Assembly (NCBI GenBank): GCA_021648085.1
Contig: JAKITS010000001.1
Span: 452,948 to 516,947 of the forward strand
From: Candidatus Magasanikiibacteriota bacterium
Lineage (GTDB): Bacteria > Patescibacteriota > Patescibacteriia > Magasanikbacterales > UBA922
Reading direction: 5' to 3'
DNA: 64,000 bases
Of the stretch, positions 37,473-46,815 are shown one piece after another. Numbering within the stretch: the first letter of the stretch is position 1; every line of letters begins with the position of its first letter. The notes beneath the pieces are model-generated. The model was not told where the DNA came from and searched no databases. It saw nothing but the letters and a program-made list of their open reading frames with translations. Made by a program: the position numbers and the translations under genes.

Positions 37473-39229
37473 TGGAAACACATTGGGATATAATGCCAAA
37501 AACTCCAGAGGATATTTTTGAGAAGTTAAATGCTTTGCCAAAATTAGTTTCCACACTCCTCTACAATAGAAATATAAAAACTACCAAAGAGGCAGATGAA
37601 TTTTTGAATCCTGTTTACTCCAAAAATGTTCATGATCCTTTCTTGTTTCAAGATATGCAAAAAGCTGTGGATAGAATTTTTATAGCAATAGAAAAAAAGG
37701 AGAACATAATAATATATGGAGACTACGATGCAGATGGAATTTCTAGTGCAATACTTTTAGACTCTATAATTGAAAAATTGGGAGGAGGAGTAAGTGTATT
37801 TTTACCGCACAGACAAAATGACGGATACGGGTTAAATATAAAAAATATTGAGCAATTTGCAAAAGATGAAGTAAACCTAATAATAACTTGCGACTGCGGG
37901 ATAAGTAACAGAAATGAAGTTAAAAAAGCAAAAAAACTAGGAATAGATACAATAATCACAGATCATCACACAGTTCCAGATATTTTACCAGATGCAGTTG
38001 CAGTAATTCATCCCGGTATAAAAAACACAACATATCCAGATAACACTTTGGCTGGTGCGGGTGTTGCTTTTAAACTTCTACAAGGACTTTTAAAACACCA
38101 CAAAAAAACAAACGAAGTCTTACCAGATGGAGAAAAACACGAAGCATTTGAAAAATGGTCACTTGATATGGTCGCGATTGCCACAGTTGCCGATATGGTC
38201 CCTTTGAAAGGAGAATCACGAACTTTAACCAAATATGGACTACTCGTACTAAACAAAACAAGAAGAGCTGGACTTCAAAAATTATATGTAGAAGCAAGGA
38301 TTGCAGAAGTAGATGGAAAACTGAAAAAAAGAATTACAGAAGAAACAATTGGTTTTTATATAGCACCTCGAATAAATGCTGCCGGAAGAATTTCACACCC
38401 AAAAATTGCCTTTGACTTATTAAAAACAAAAAGTAAAACAAATGCTGTAGACTTAGCCTATTTATTGGATACTCACAATAAAAATAGAAGGCAAGAAACA
38501 GAAATTATCTTAAAAGACGCACTTCATATTGTAGAAAAAGAACAATACGACAAAGAAGTTTTATGTGTAATTGGAAAAAATTGGTCTAGCGGACTAGTTG
38601 GGCTTGTTGCAAGCAAATTGAAAGAAAAATACAATAGACCTGCACTCGTTGTATCTCATACTCAATCTCTGGTTGGTTCTGGGAGAAGTATCACAGGCTT
38701 CAATATGATAGAAGCTATGCAAAAAATGCCAGAATTTTTTGTTAAATTTGGCGGACATCCTATGGCTTGTGGATTCACCTTAAAACACATTGATATTGTA
38801 GAAGATTTTCAAAATAGCTTAATAAAATATTTCCTAGAAACAGGAGACAAAGATAGACGAAAAGTAATCAAAATTGACACAGAAGTAGATTTGGAAAAAT
38901 TGGACTGGGATATGTACAATTATGTCCAAAGATTTGAACCTTTTGGAAAAGACAATGAAAAACCAAAATACCTTGCAAACGAACTTACAATTACACACAT
39001 ACAACAAATGGGAAAAGGTGGAAAACATGTTCGACTAATGGTAAAACACAGATCCCAAAGAATTTTTAAAGTAGTTGGTTGGAATTTATGTGGTAGAAAA
39101 GAAAAAGATTGGTGTCAAATTTTACGAATTGGTGATAAAATAGACATAGTTTTTGAACTTGGGATAAATGAGTGGAATGGAACAACAGAACTACAAAGAA
39201 CTATAATCGACATTAGAAAAACTACATAA
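37472..39229 (+). CDS. recJ: single-stranded-DNA-specific exonuclease RecJ
   Basis: DHH motifs (IIIYGDYDADGISS; ITDHH). DHHA1 region (GGHPMACG). C-terminal OB-fold region. Confidence 0.9.
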   Translation: METHWDIMPKTPEDIFEKLNALPKLVSTLLYNRNIKTTKEADEFLNPVYSKNVHDPFLFQDMQKAVDRIFIAIEKKENIIIYGDYDADGISSAILLDSIIEKLGGGVSVFLPHRQNDGYGLNIKNIEQFAKDEVNLIITCDCGISNRNEVKKAKKLGIDTIITDHHTVPDILPDAVAVIHPGIKNTTYPDNTLAGAGVAFKLLQGLLKHHKKTNEVLPDGEKHEAFEKWSLDMVAIATVADMVPLKGESRTLTKYGLLVLNKTRRAGLQKLYVEARIAEVDGKLKKRITEETIGFYIAPRINAAGRISHPKIAFDLLKTKSKTNAVDLAYLLDTHNKNRRQETEIILKDALHIVEKEQYDKEVLCVIGKNWSSGLVGLVASKLKEKYNRPALVVSHTQSLVGSGRSITGFNMIEAMQKMPEFFVKFGGHPMACGFTLKHIDIVEDFQNSLIKYFLETGDKDRRKVIKIDTEVDLEKLDWDMYNYVQRFEPFGKDNEKPKYLANELTITHIQQMGKGGKHVRLMVKHRSQRIFKVVGWNLCGRKEKDWCQILRIGDKIDIVFELGINEWNGTTELQRTIIDIRKTT

Positions 39230-39241
39230 TTATATTATACT

Positions 39242-39643
39242 ATGAAATTAAAAATTTATTCAGACGGTGGAGCAAGAGGAAATCCTGGTCCATCTGCAAC
39301 AGGAGTTGTAATAAAAAATAAAGCAGGGAAAATTGTTGCAGAATATGGTGAATATCTAGGAAAACAAACAAACAACTTTGCTGAGTATTCTGCTTTTATC
39401 TCTGGTCTAAAAAAAGCAAAGATACTCGGAGCAACCGAGGTAGAATCACTTGTGGATAGTCAGCTATTAGAAAAACAAATGAAAAGAGAGTGGAAAGTGA
39501 AAGAACCGACACTACAAAAACTTTTTGTAGAAGGCTGGAATGCAATGCAAGAATTCAAAAAAGTGGAAATAAAACACATTCGAAGAGAATTCAACAAAGA
39601 AGCAGACGCTTGGGTGAATAAAATTCTTGATCAACAAAAATAA
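39242..39643 (+). CDS. rnhA: ribonuclease HI-type (RNase H domain) protein
   Basis: DEDD-type residues in context (YSDGGARGNPGP; NNFAEYSA; LVDSQL; NKEADAW). Resembles compact archaeal/bacterial type 1 RNase H. Confidence 0.75.
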   Translation: MKLKIYSDGGARGNPGPSATGVVIKNKAGKIVAEYGEYLGKQTNNFAEYSAFISGLKKAKILGATEVESLVDSQLLEKQMKREWKVKEPTLQKLFVEGWNAMQEFKKVEIKHIRREFNKEADAWVNKILDQQK

Positions 39644-39649
39644 ACAAAA

Positions 39650-39682
39650 AAACAGTCAAAATTTTGACTGTTTTTTAATAAA
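39650..39682. terminator. bidirectional terminator aacagtcaaaattttgactgtttttt
   Basis: Perfect 8-bp stem cagtcaaa/tttgactg with flanking A/T runs. Confidence 0.55.
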
Positions 39683-39694
39683 AATAAGTTTAAG

Positions 39695-40174
39695 TTAAGA
39701 TAAATTTCCAAAAAATATAATAATAAGAAAAACAACACCAATTACAACTAAAATTTTCTGCAGCCAGTTAAATTTTTTAGGTTTTAATTTTGGATTTTCT
39801 ACTTTATAAAATCTATTCATATTTTTTACCAAAGGTAGTAACGGTATAAAAGTAAAAAATGAAATCATCCAAAAAGGATTTGGTAAGATATATAAAATTG
39901 ACAATATAAAATAAATCATACCTATATTTTTTGAATCGGATTTTTCTATTTTTAAATCTTTATCTTTTAAAAATTCTTGGAAATTCTTTGCAAAATCTCC
40001 AGCATAAAAAGGAGAAAAAAAAGCTCTCCAAAAAGGATTAATATTCATCTTCTTTTTATTTTTTAATAATTTCCAACCCCTATAAAACCAAACTAATTCG
40101 TAAATTCCAAAAGTTATAAGAGAGAGTAGAATAAAATTATTAATAGGAATAATTTTTACTTTTTGTTTTGGCAT
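39695..40174 (-). CDS. hypothetical integral membrane protein (4 TM)
   Basis: Hydrophobic ORF. No recognisable motif. Confidence 0.5.
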   Translation of the reverse strand: MPKQKVKIIPINNFILLSLITFGIYELVWFYRGWKLLKNKKKMNINPFWRAFFSPFYAGDFAKNFQEFLKDKDLKIEKSDSKNIGMIYFILSILYILPNPFWMISFFTFIPLLPLVKNMNRFYKVENPKLKPKKFNWLQKILVVIGVVFLIIIFFGNLS

Positions 40175-40249
40175 ATTTTAAATTATATAAACTACACTTA
40201 CATTATAACAATAAAAAAGATGCAAAAAAAATTGCATCTTATATTTTTA

Positions 40250-40753
40250 CTAAAGCTGTTTAAAACCAGCATCCCTAAACTCTTGCATTAAAACGACTAA
40301 AACAGAATCTAACTCTTTGGGCATATAATAAAAAATTATATCAAATTCATTATCCAAATAATCGAATTTTTTATGTAAAATAAACAAAGAAAACTTTGAA
40401 GCCTCAATTTCAAAATATACCATCTGTTCTTGGTACACATCTTCACTTATAAAATCGTCTGGCACATAATTTGTATGCCCTAAAGCGTGATGCCCCACTT
40501 CATGAAAAAAAACAAACCACTGAAACTCTTTTGGAAATCTTTTCAAATAATCTGGATTTAGAAATAAAAAAGGCACACTAGCCTCCCAATTAAAACTACA
40601 CCCAGCATTTGTATTATGACTATCTACAATTATCAATTTTGTACCTTCATAATTATAAAACTGCTCTTTTGGAATGTCAACCTCATAGTACAAATTTGCG
40701 GACGAACAACCAAATATAAAGATCGCGAACAGAACAAAAGTTACATTTCTCAT
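40250..40753 (-). CDS. putative zinc metallopeptidase lipoprotein (HExxH)
   Basis: Lipoprotein signal …LFAIFIFGCSS. Zincin motif FFHEVGHHALGH. Confidence 0.55.
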   Translation of the reverse strand: MRNVTFVLFAIFIFGCSSANLYYEVDIPKEQFYNYEGTKLIIVDSHNTNAGCSFNWEASVPFLFLNPDYLKRFPKEFQWFVFFHEVGHHALGHTNYVPDDFISEDVYQEQMVYFEIEASKFSLFILHKKFDYLDNEFDIIFYYMPKELDSVLVVLMQEFRDAGFKQL

Positions 40754-40873
40754 CTTTCACCTCCTACAAAACACATTAGCAAAAATCTACTATTTTGTCA
40801 ATCTAAGTTGACAAAACAAAAAAAATATGATACTGTTTTAATGTTCTTTTATACCCAAACTAGGAGAAGATAA

Positions 40874-41161
40874 GTGAAAATTTTACCAATAATCTCACCA
40901 AAAGTGCTTGCTATAAGACTTTTAAAAATTAGCGAGCAGATCTCAAATACAGAAGACAAGTTTGAAAAAATTCAAAAGCTATTAAATACACCCATTAATA
41001 TAACTTTAGAAATTTTATCTTTTTTAATCTTAATCACTATGGTTTTAGGAAATAAACCAAGATTTTTATTAAAATTCATAGAAATGTATGTTGAAAGTAT
41101 TATTTTTAACAAAAAACATGAGTTAGATAAATTTTTCAACAATGAGGTATGTAGACCATAA
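40874..41161 (+). CDS. hypothetical protein (95 aa)
   Basis: GTG start with RBS aggaga 7 nt upstream. Confidence 0.4.
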   Translation: MKILPIISPKVLAIRLLKISEQISNTEDKFEKIQKLLNTPINITLEILSFLILITMVLGNKPRFLLKFIEMYVESIIFNKKHELDKFFNNEVCRP

Positions 41162-41165
41162 AAAA

Positions 41166-41200
41166 TAAACCCTACACAAAAATGTAGGGTTTTTTATTGA
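41166..41200 (+). terminator. terminator aaaccctacacaaaaatgtagggttttttatt
   Basis: 8-bp stem ccctacac/gtgtaggg (with loop) followed by a T-run. Confidence 0.55.
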
Positions 41201-41261
41201 CTAAATCTACTTTTTTAGATACTCTATACTCAGTCGACCTTTACAAACAACGGAGTGAAAG

Positions 41262-41930
41262 ATGGAAAAATTACAAATTCTTATTGCACTTAGCGCAAAA
41301 GATAAAAAAAGTGATCCACTAAATCAATCATTAATTTTTACCGAGGATTTTAAAATTTTTGCTATTTTTAGCCAAGAACAATTCCAAAAACTAACATATT
41401 TGTACGAAATTAGTTTTGATAACACAGAAACACAAAACCTCTTACCTACTCATTCTGAAAAAGAGGTAATTGAGATAAATTGTGATCCAAACACAAACCC
41501 AGCACTATATTTAATGTTTATGGATTTGAGTGATCTGTACACAATAAGAGTAAAGATGGAAAAAGATTTAGGAAAAATATTAGGAATAGAAGCAAAAAAA
41601 ACTTATTTATTCAATACATTGTTCCCCTTAAAAACAGATTTTGACAAAGATGTTTCTGAAAATCCTATTCAAGATACTGAAATTCCAAAAGAAGTAAAGT
41701 TTGAAGAAACTCCATTTTGTAAATCTTGTGATAATTTAGAACCTTTTACACCAACAATAACACTAAATGTTGGAGAATTTTGCCTAAAATGTTGTGACTT
41801 CCCTATTGGAAATAGTATTGCAAAACAAAGAATAAAACTTGCAATAACAAAAAGAAGGGTTCAACTTCAAATGGATTATTACTATCTAAAAGCAGAAGGA
41901 TTAGAAATAGAACTTTCAGACCTTCCATAA
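41262..41930 (+). CDS. hypothetical protein with C-terminal Cys4 cluster (possible zinc ribbon)
   Basis: CKSCDN…(N17)…CLKCCDF near the C-terminus. Confidence 0.45.
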   Translation: MEKLQILIALSAKDKKSDPLNQSLIFTEDFKIFAIFSQEQFQKLTYLYEISFDNTETQNLLPTHSEKEVIEINCDPNTNPALYLMFMDLSDLYTIRVKMEKDLGKILGIEAKKTYLFNTLFPLKTDFDKDVSENPIQDTEIPKEVKFEETPFCKSCDNLEPFTPTITLNVGEFCLKCCDFPIGNSIAKQRIKLAITKRRVQLQMDYYYLKAEGLEIELSDLP

Positions 41931-41983
41931 ATCAAAAACCCTGCACAAATTGCGGGGTCTTTTTATTTTCAAATAAATTAATT

Positions 41984-43063
41984 TTACAATTCACTTTCCA
42001 ATTCTTTCAACAACTTTTTCGCTTTTCTGCTTACTCTTTTTGGAATGTTTACAATTACCTTCAAAAAGTGATCTCCTCTTCCAGATCTATTTAATCTGTG
42101 TGCACCTAAACCTCTCAAACGAATTTGCTGTCCAGACTGAGTTCCAGATGGTACTACCACTTTTTTCTTGCCATCCACTGTGTTTACCTCTACTGTCTCA
42201 CCCAAAACTGCCTGTGGATAATTTACAGTCAAATTAGAATAAATATCTGCCCCACTCCTTTTAAATTCTTTGTGAGATTTAACATGCACAACCACATACA
42301 AATCTCCAGAAGTCGCATTTTTACCTAAGTTCTCCCCTTTTCCAGAGATTCTTATAGTTTCACCGTTACTTATCCCAGCAGGAATTTTGAATTTATAGCT
42401 TGATGCACTTTTTTCAAAACCACGACCATTGCAGTGTTTACATTCTTTTTCTGCCTTATCCCCCACACCATTACAGCTTGAGCAAACTGCATTTGTTTGT
42501 ATGGCACCCAGAATTGTCTGTTGAACTCTAGAAACTTGTCCCTGTCCATTACACTCTCTACAAGTTTTTATATTTGAACCGGGTTCTGCACCACTTCCAG
42601 CACAAACATCACAATTATTATTTTTTGTTAAATTTATTTCTCTTTCAATTCCAAAAACTGCGTCTTCAAAACTAATCTCAATATCAACCTGAATATCTTT
42701 TCCTCTTTTTCCTTTTCTGTTTCTATTTCCTCCAAATCCAAACAAGTCTCCCACTATATCTCCAAAATCAAACTGAAATCCCCCTCCACTTTGTCCGCGA
42801 GAAGCATTCATAAAGTCTTCCCAACCAGCTCCACCACCAAATCCACCTTGCTGATCAAAATTAGACCCAAACTGATCATATTTTTGTCTTTTTTCTGGTT
42901 TACCCAAAACTTGGTAAGCCTCATTTACCTCCTTAAATTTAGCCTCGTCCCCAGTTTTTTTATCCGGATGAAACTTGTGCGCCAACTTACGAAAAGCCTT
43001 TTTCACTTCATCATCCGTTGCACTCTTCTCCACTCCTAGAATTTTATAATAATCTTTTGACAT
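41984..43063 (-). CDS. dnaJ: chaperone DnaJ
   Basis: J-domain with HPD (KLAHKFHPDKK). G/F-rich region. Four CxxCxGxG zinc-finger repeats. Confidence 0.95.
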   Translation of the reverse strand: MSKDYYKILGVEKSATDDEVKKAFRKLAHKFHPDKKTGDEAKFKEVNEAYQVLGKPEKRQKYDQFGSNFDQQGGFGGGAGWEDFMNASRGQSGGGFQFDFGDIVGDLFGFGGNRNRKGKRGKDIQVDIEISFEDAVFGIEREINLTKNNNCDVCAGSGAEPGSNIKTCRECNGQGQVSRVQQTILGAIQTNAVCSSCNGVGDKAEKECKHCNGRGFEKSASSYKFKIPAGISNGETIRISGKGENLGKNATSGDLYVVVHVKSHKEFKRSGADIYSNLTVNYPQAVLGETVEVNTVDGKKKVVVPSGTQSGQQIRLRGLGAHRLNRSGRGDHFLKVIVNIPKRVSRKAKKLLKELESEL

Positions 43064-43122
43064 AATTTATTTTAAAACCACGAACCCCGAGCAGTACTCA
43101 GGGTTCGGATGTTTTATGACGA

Positions 43123-45066
43123 TTATTTCTTTTCGTCTACTACTTCACCCTCAATTGTCTCACCTTCTTCTTTCTTTTCTTCTTTTCCTTCTGTTTTTGA
43201 AGTTTCAGCTTTTGCGTCTGCTTCCGTTTTAGCCTGTTCTTGTTGGTACATTTTTGTTCCAATAGCTTGTCCAGCAGTTGCCAAATCATCAGACGCTTTT
43301 TGAATAGCTTCCAAATCATCGCCATCTTTTACCTCTTTCAACTTCGCAAGTGATGCTTCTACACCTTTTTTCTCATCGTCTGTAAGTTCAATTTTCTTCT
43401 CTTCCACATCTTTCATCATTTTCTCAGTTGTGTACACCATTGTATCAGCTGTATTTTTTGCGTCAATTAGCTCACGCTTCTTTTTGTCGTCGTCTGCGTG
43501 TGCTTCTGCATCCTTTTTCATTCTTTCTATTTCCTCGTCAGAGAGACCGCTGGAAGCCTCAATACGAATTGACTGCTCTTTTCCTGTTGCCTTATCTTTT
43601 GCAGAAACATTCAAAATTCCATTTGCATCTATGTCAAAGTTTACCTCAATTTGTGGTACTCCGCGCGGTGCTGGTGGAATTCCATCCAACATAAACCTTC
43701 CCAAAGTCTTGTTGTCTCCTGCCATTTGTCTTTCACCTTGCAAAACATGAATTTCCACACTTGGCTGACTATCTGCTGCAGTTGAGAAAATCTGACTTTT
43801 TCCTGTAGGAATTGTTGTATTTCTCTCAATAAGTTTTGTCATTACAGAACCCATTGTCTCAATTCCAAGTGAAAGTGGAGTGACATCCAAAAGCAAAATC
43901 TCTTTGCCCAAATCACCTTGAAGCTGTCCAGCCTGAATTGCTGCTCCCAAAGCTACAACTTCATCTGGATTGATACTTACATTTGGTTTTTTACCAAAAA
44001 ATTCTTCTACTTTTTTCTGTACCAACGGCATACGAGTCATACCACCAACCAAAATCACTTCTTCAATATCTTTCTTATCATATCCAGAATCACTCAAAGC
44101 TTTTTTCACTGGCTCAAATGTTTTTTCTACCAACTCCATTACCAACTCTTCCAATTTAGCGCGAGTCAATTTCAATACCAAATGCTTTGGCCCATCTGTC
44201 CCAACTGTAATAAACGGCTCATTGATTTCTGTTTCTTTAGAGCTAGAAAGCTCAATTTTTGCTTTTTCTGCTGAATCCTTTACACGCTGAAGTGAAAGCG
44301 GATCATTTGATAAATCAATTCCCTCATTTTTCTTAAATTCACCTATAATCCAAGCAATAATCTTTTGGTCAAAGTCGTCTCCACCCAAATGAGTATCACC
44401 ACTTGTTGATTTTACCTCCACTGTAGAATTGTTGTCTTCCTTGTCATAAGAAATATCTAGAACTGAAACATCAAATGTTCCACCTCCCAAATCGTACACC
44501 AAAATCTGCTGGTCATTGTTCTTGTCAAAACCATACGCAAAAGCTGCTGCCGTTGGCTCGTTGATAATTCTACTCACCTTCAATCCTGCAATTTCTCCTG
44601 CATCTTTTGTTGCCTGTCTTTGTGAGTCGTCAAAATATGCTGGCACAGTAATAACTGCTTCTGTGATTTTTTCTCCCAATTTTTCTTCTGCGTCTGCTTT
44701 TAACTTTTGCAAAATCATTGCAGAAATTTCCTGTGGAGTATAAGTTTTATCACCCATTTTTACCTTTACTTTTTCACCGTCTGCTGTGATTTCGTAAGGC
44801 ACATGTTTTTTAATTTCATCCACTTCTTTATCTTTGATACTACGCCCAATAAGACGCTTGATAGAATAAAGTGTATTTTGTGGATTTGTGGTTCCTTGAC
44901 GCTTTGCAAGTTGCCCTGCCAAACGCTCACCACTCTTTGATACTGCGACCACAGACGGAGTGGTTCTGTTGCCCTCCTTACTTTCCAAAACTTTTGGCTG
45001 ACCACCTTCCACAATGGCCATACATGAATTAGTTGTTCCAAGGTCTATACCTAGAATTTTTCCCAT
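43123..45066 (-). CDS. dnaK: chaperone DnaK (Hsp70)
   Basis: [21 protein letters not shown], and acidic C-terminal tail. Confidence 0.97.
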   Translation of the reverse strand: MGKILGIDLGTTNSCMAIVEGGQPKVLESKEGNRTTPSVVAVSKSGERLAGQLAKRQGTTNPQNTLYSIKRLIGRSIKDKEVDEIKKHVPYEITADGEKVKVKMGDKTYTPQEISAMILQKLKADAEEKLGEKITEAVITVPAYFDDSQRQATKDAGEIAGLKVSRIINEPTAAAFAYGFDKNNDQQILVYDLGGGTFDVSVLDISYDKEDNNSTVEVKSTSGDTHLGGDDFDQKIIAWIIGEFKKNEGIDLSNDPLSLQRVKDSAEKAKIELSSSKETEINEPFITVGTDGPKHLVLKLTRAKLEELVMELVEKTFEPVKKALSDSGYDKKDIEEVILVGGMTRMPLVQKKVEEFFGKKPNVSINPDEVVALGAAIQAGQLQGDLGKEILLLDVTPLSLGIETMGSVMTKLIERNTTIPTGKSQIFSTAADSQPSVEIHVLQGERQMAGDNKTLGRFMLDGIPPAPRGVPQIEVNFDIDANGILNVSAKDKATGKEQSIRIEASSGLSDEEIERMKKDAEAHADDDKKKRELIDAKNTADTMVYTTEKMMKDVEEKKIELTDDEKKGVEASLAKLKEVKDGDDLEAIQKASDDLATAGQAIGTKMYQQEQAKTEADAKAETSKTEGKEEKKEEGETIEGEVVDEKK

Positions 45067-45123
45067 ATAGTACTTTTACTTAATTTTTAAGGACTTGGCT
45101 GAAAATTTCAACCAAGAGACTTA

Positions 45124-45555
45124 CTAATTAATATTAATATCAATTTTCTTTATTTCTTTTTTTTCCTCCTTTATTGGACAGGTTATTTTCAAAACACCAT
45201 CTTTAAAATCTGCACTTATCTTTTCCTTATTTACAGTAGAAGGTAGAGAAATTTGCCTAAAAAACGAACCCATTCTTACCTCTTTTCTATAATAACTCTT
45301 ATCATCCACTTCATGCTCTTTTTTACTCTCACCTTTTATAGTTAGAACATTATCTTCCACAGAAATACTTACATCTTTTGGATTTATCCCTGCCAAAGGT
45401 GCTTCCACAACCACCCTTCCATTCTCCTCATAGACATCTACAGCTGGTATAAATGACTTTCTATTTATAGGGTTTCTATTTGGCAAAAAACGCTTCATCA
45501 TCTCTTCCATTTCTTCAAATGGATCTAACATTGGTCTCCACTTCATTATTGACAT
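45124..45555 (-). CDS. Hsp20/alpha-crystallin small heat-shock protein
   Basis: Alpha-crystallin domain with …ADFKDGVLKITCPIKEE… Sits inside the hrcA-grpE-dnaK-dnaJ cluster. Confidence 0.8.
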   Translation of the reverse strand: MSIMKWRPMLDPFEEMEEMMKRFLPNRNPINRKSFIPAVDVYEENGRVVVEAPLAGINPKDVSISVEDNVLTIKGESKKEHEVDDKSYYRKEVRMGSFFRQISLPSTVNKEKISADFKDGVLKITCPIKEEKKEIKKIDININ

Positions 45556-45559
45556 ATTT

Positions 45560-46033
45560 TTATTTATTTACTATCACTCTAGCAACTTTCAAAACCTTGT
45601 CGCCAACCTTATAACCAACACCAACTTCTTTCAAAATTTTTCCACTTTCAAACTCTTCTGAATCTTCCTCACTTACAGCCTCGTGAAATTCTGGATTAAA
45701 ATCTTCTCCAACAGTTTTTATTACTTCTATCCCATTTTGAGTCAAAATATCTTCAAACTGTTTCATTATAAATCCAATTCCTTTTGACCAACTCTCCCAA
45801 TTCTTGTCTTCTGGCAAATTGTCTTTATGTGCAAAAGCTGTTGTAAAATTATCAAATACTGGTAAAAAATCTTCTATTACTTGAACCTTACTCATCTTTG
45901 CCCAAACAATTCTTTGCTCAGAAACTTCCTTTTGCAAATTCTGATAATCAGCCTGCGCGCGTAAAGCCATATTTTTATATTCCTGTATTTTACTTTTCTT
46001 TTTTGCAGGTTTTATTATTTTTTCTTTTTTCAT
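45560..46033 (-). CDS. grpE: nucleotide exchange factor GrpE
   Basis: Coiled-coil N-terminal part. C-terminal …FEDILTQNGIEVIKTVGEDFNPEFHEAV…GYKVGDKVLKVARVIV is typical of GrpE. Confidence 0.85.
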   Translation of the reverse strand: MKKEKIIKPAKKKSKIQEYKNMALRAQADYQNLQKEVSEQRIVWAKMSKVQVIEDFLPVFDNFTTAFAHKDNLPEDKNWESWSKGIGFIMKQFEDILTQNGIEVIKTVGEDFNPEFHEAVSEEDSEEFESGKILKEVGVGYKVGDKVLKVARVIVNK

Positions 46034-46707
46034 AATTTACTAATCAAAAATTTTAATATAGCTATATTTTTCTCATAATCCATTCTAGTTGGACCAATCA
46101 ATATAAACAAACCCTCTTCTCCAAATCTTGCAATAATACTAGAGCAAGATGAGCCGAGCGGATTTTCTCTACCTATTAAAACACTCGTTTTATTCTGCTC
46201 TATTTTACCCAAAAGATTATAAACTATTTCTTCACATTTATCAAACATTACAGATGTGTTTAGAGTATTTATATGATTTTTAAATTCTGGCTGTGAAAAT
46301 AAATTGGAAATTCCTGTGTAGTAAACAGAATTACTATTAAAAGCCACAAAAACGGCATTGTTTAAAAATTCTGCAACCTCTTGAGCTATTTTTTTTACCC
46401 TATCGCAACCTTCAAAATTCACTATTTCACTTTTTTCCAACACTTCCTTAAACTCACCAATTCCTACTGGTTTTATTATATTCTCAACATAAAACTTATA
46501 CCCTTTTTCTGTAGGAATTCTTCCTGCAGAAGTATGAGGATGAGTCAAAAATCCTTCAGATTCAAGCTCTCGCATCTCATTTCGAACTGTCGGTGCACTT
46601 ACATCCAAACTCCCGCTGTTTGCTAAGAATTTAGATCCAACTGGCTCTACAGTTTTTATATAATTTTCTATGATAAGTTTTAGTAATTTTTTCTTTCTTT
46701 CTTTCAT
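46030..46707 (-). CDS. hrcA: heat-inducible transcription repressor HrcA (short form)
   Basis: N-terminal wHTH …VEPVGSKFLANSGSLDVSAPTVRNEMRELESEGFLTHPHTSAGRIPTEKGY. Its position upstream of grpE (4-nt overlap). Confidence 0.8.
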   Translation of the reverse strand: MKERKKKLLKLIIENYIKTVEPVGSKFLANSGSLDVSAPTVRNEMRELESEGFLTHPHTSAGRIPTEKGYKFYVENIIKPVGIGEFKEVLEKSEIVNFEGCDRVKKIAQEVAEFLNNAVFVAFNSNSVYYTGISNLFSQPEFKNHINTLNTSVMFDKCEEIVYNLLGKIEQNKTSVLIGRENPLGSSCSSIIARFGEEGLFILIGPTRMDYEKNIAILKFLISKL

Positions 46708-46710
46708 ATA

Positions 46711-46737
46711 TTATCACTCTAACCTATTGAGTGATAA
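46711..46737 (-). promoter_or_regulatory. CIRCE operator variant TTATCACTC-N9-GAGTGATAA (HrcA binding site)
   Basis: Perfect 9-bp inverted repeat with a 9-nt spacer, 3 nt upstream of the hrcA ATG. One substitution per arm relative to canonical TTAGCACTC-N9-GAGTGCTAA. Confidence 0.7.
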
Positions 46738-46764
46738 TATATCACATCTATTTTTTAGTGTCAA
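46736..46764 (-). promoter_or_regulatory. sigma70-type promoter of hrcA operon (TTGACA-17 nt-TATATT) overlapping CIRCE
   Basis: The minus strand reads cTTGACActaaaaaatagatgtgaTATATTatcactc…. The -10 element overlaps the left arm of CIRCE. Confidence 0.5.
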
Positions 46765-46815
46765 GAAAAAATAATAATAGAGTATTTTACAAACTCTATT
46801 ATTAATAAAAACATA

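Noticed and set aside
40793-40831. Candidate sigma70 promoter or operator (inverted repeat ttgtcaa-tctaag-ttgacaa; TTGACA…TATGAT) upstream of 40874 gene
   Set aside because: The spacing between TTGACA (40808-40813) and TATGAT (40826-40831) is only 12 nt, too short for a functional sigma70 promoter. The inverted repeat is kept in mind as a possible operator but is not called.
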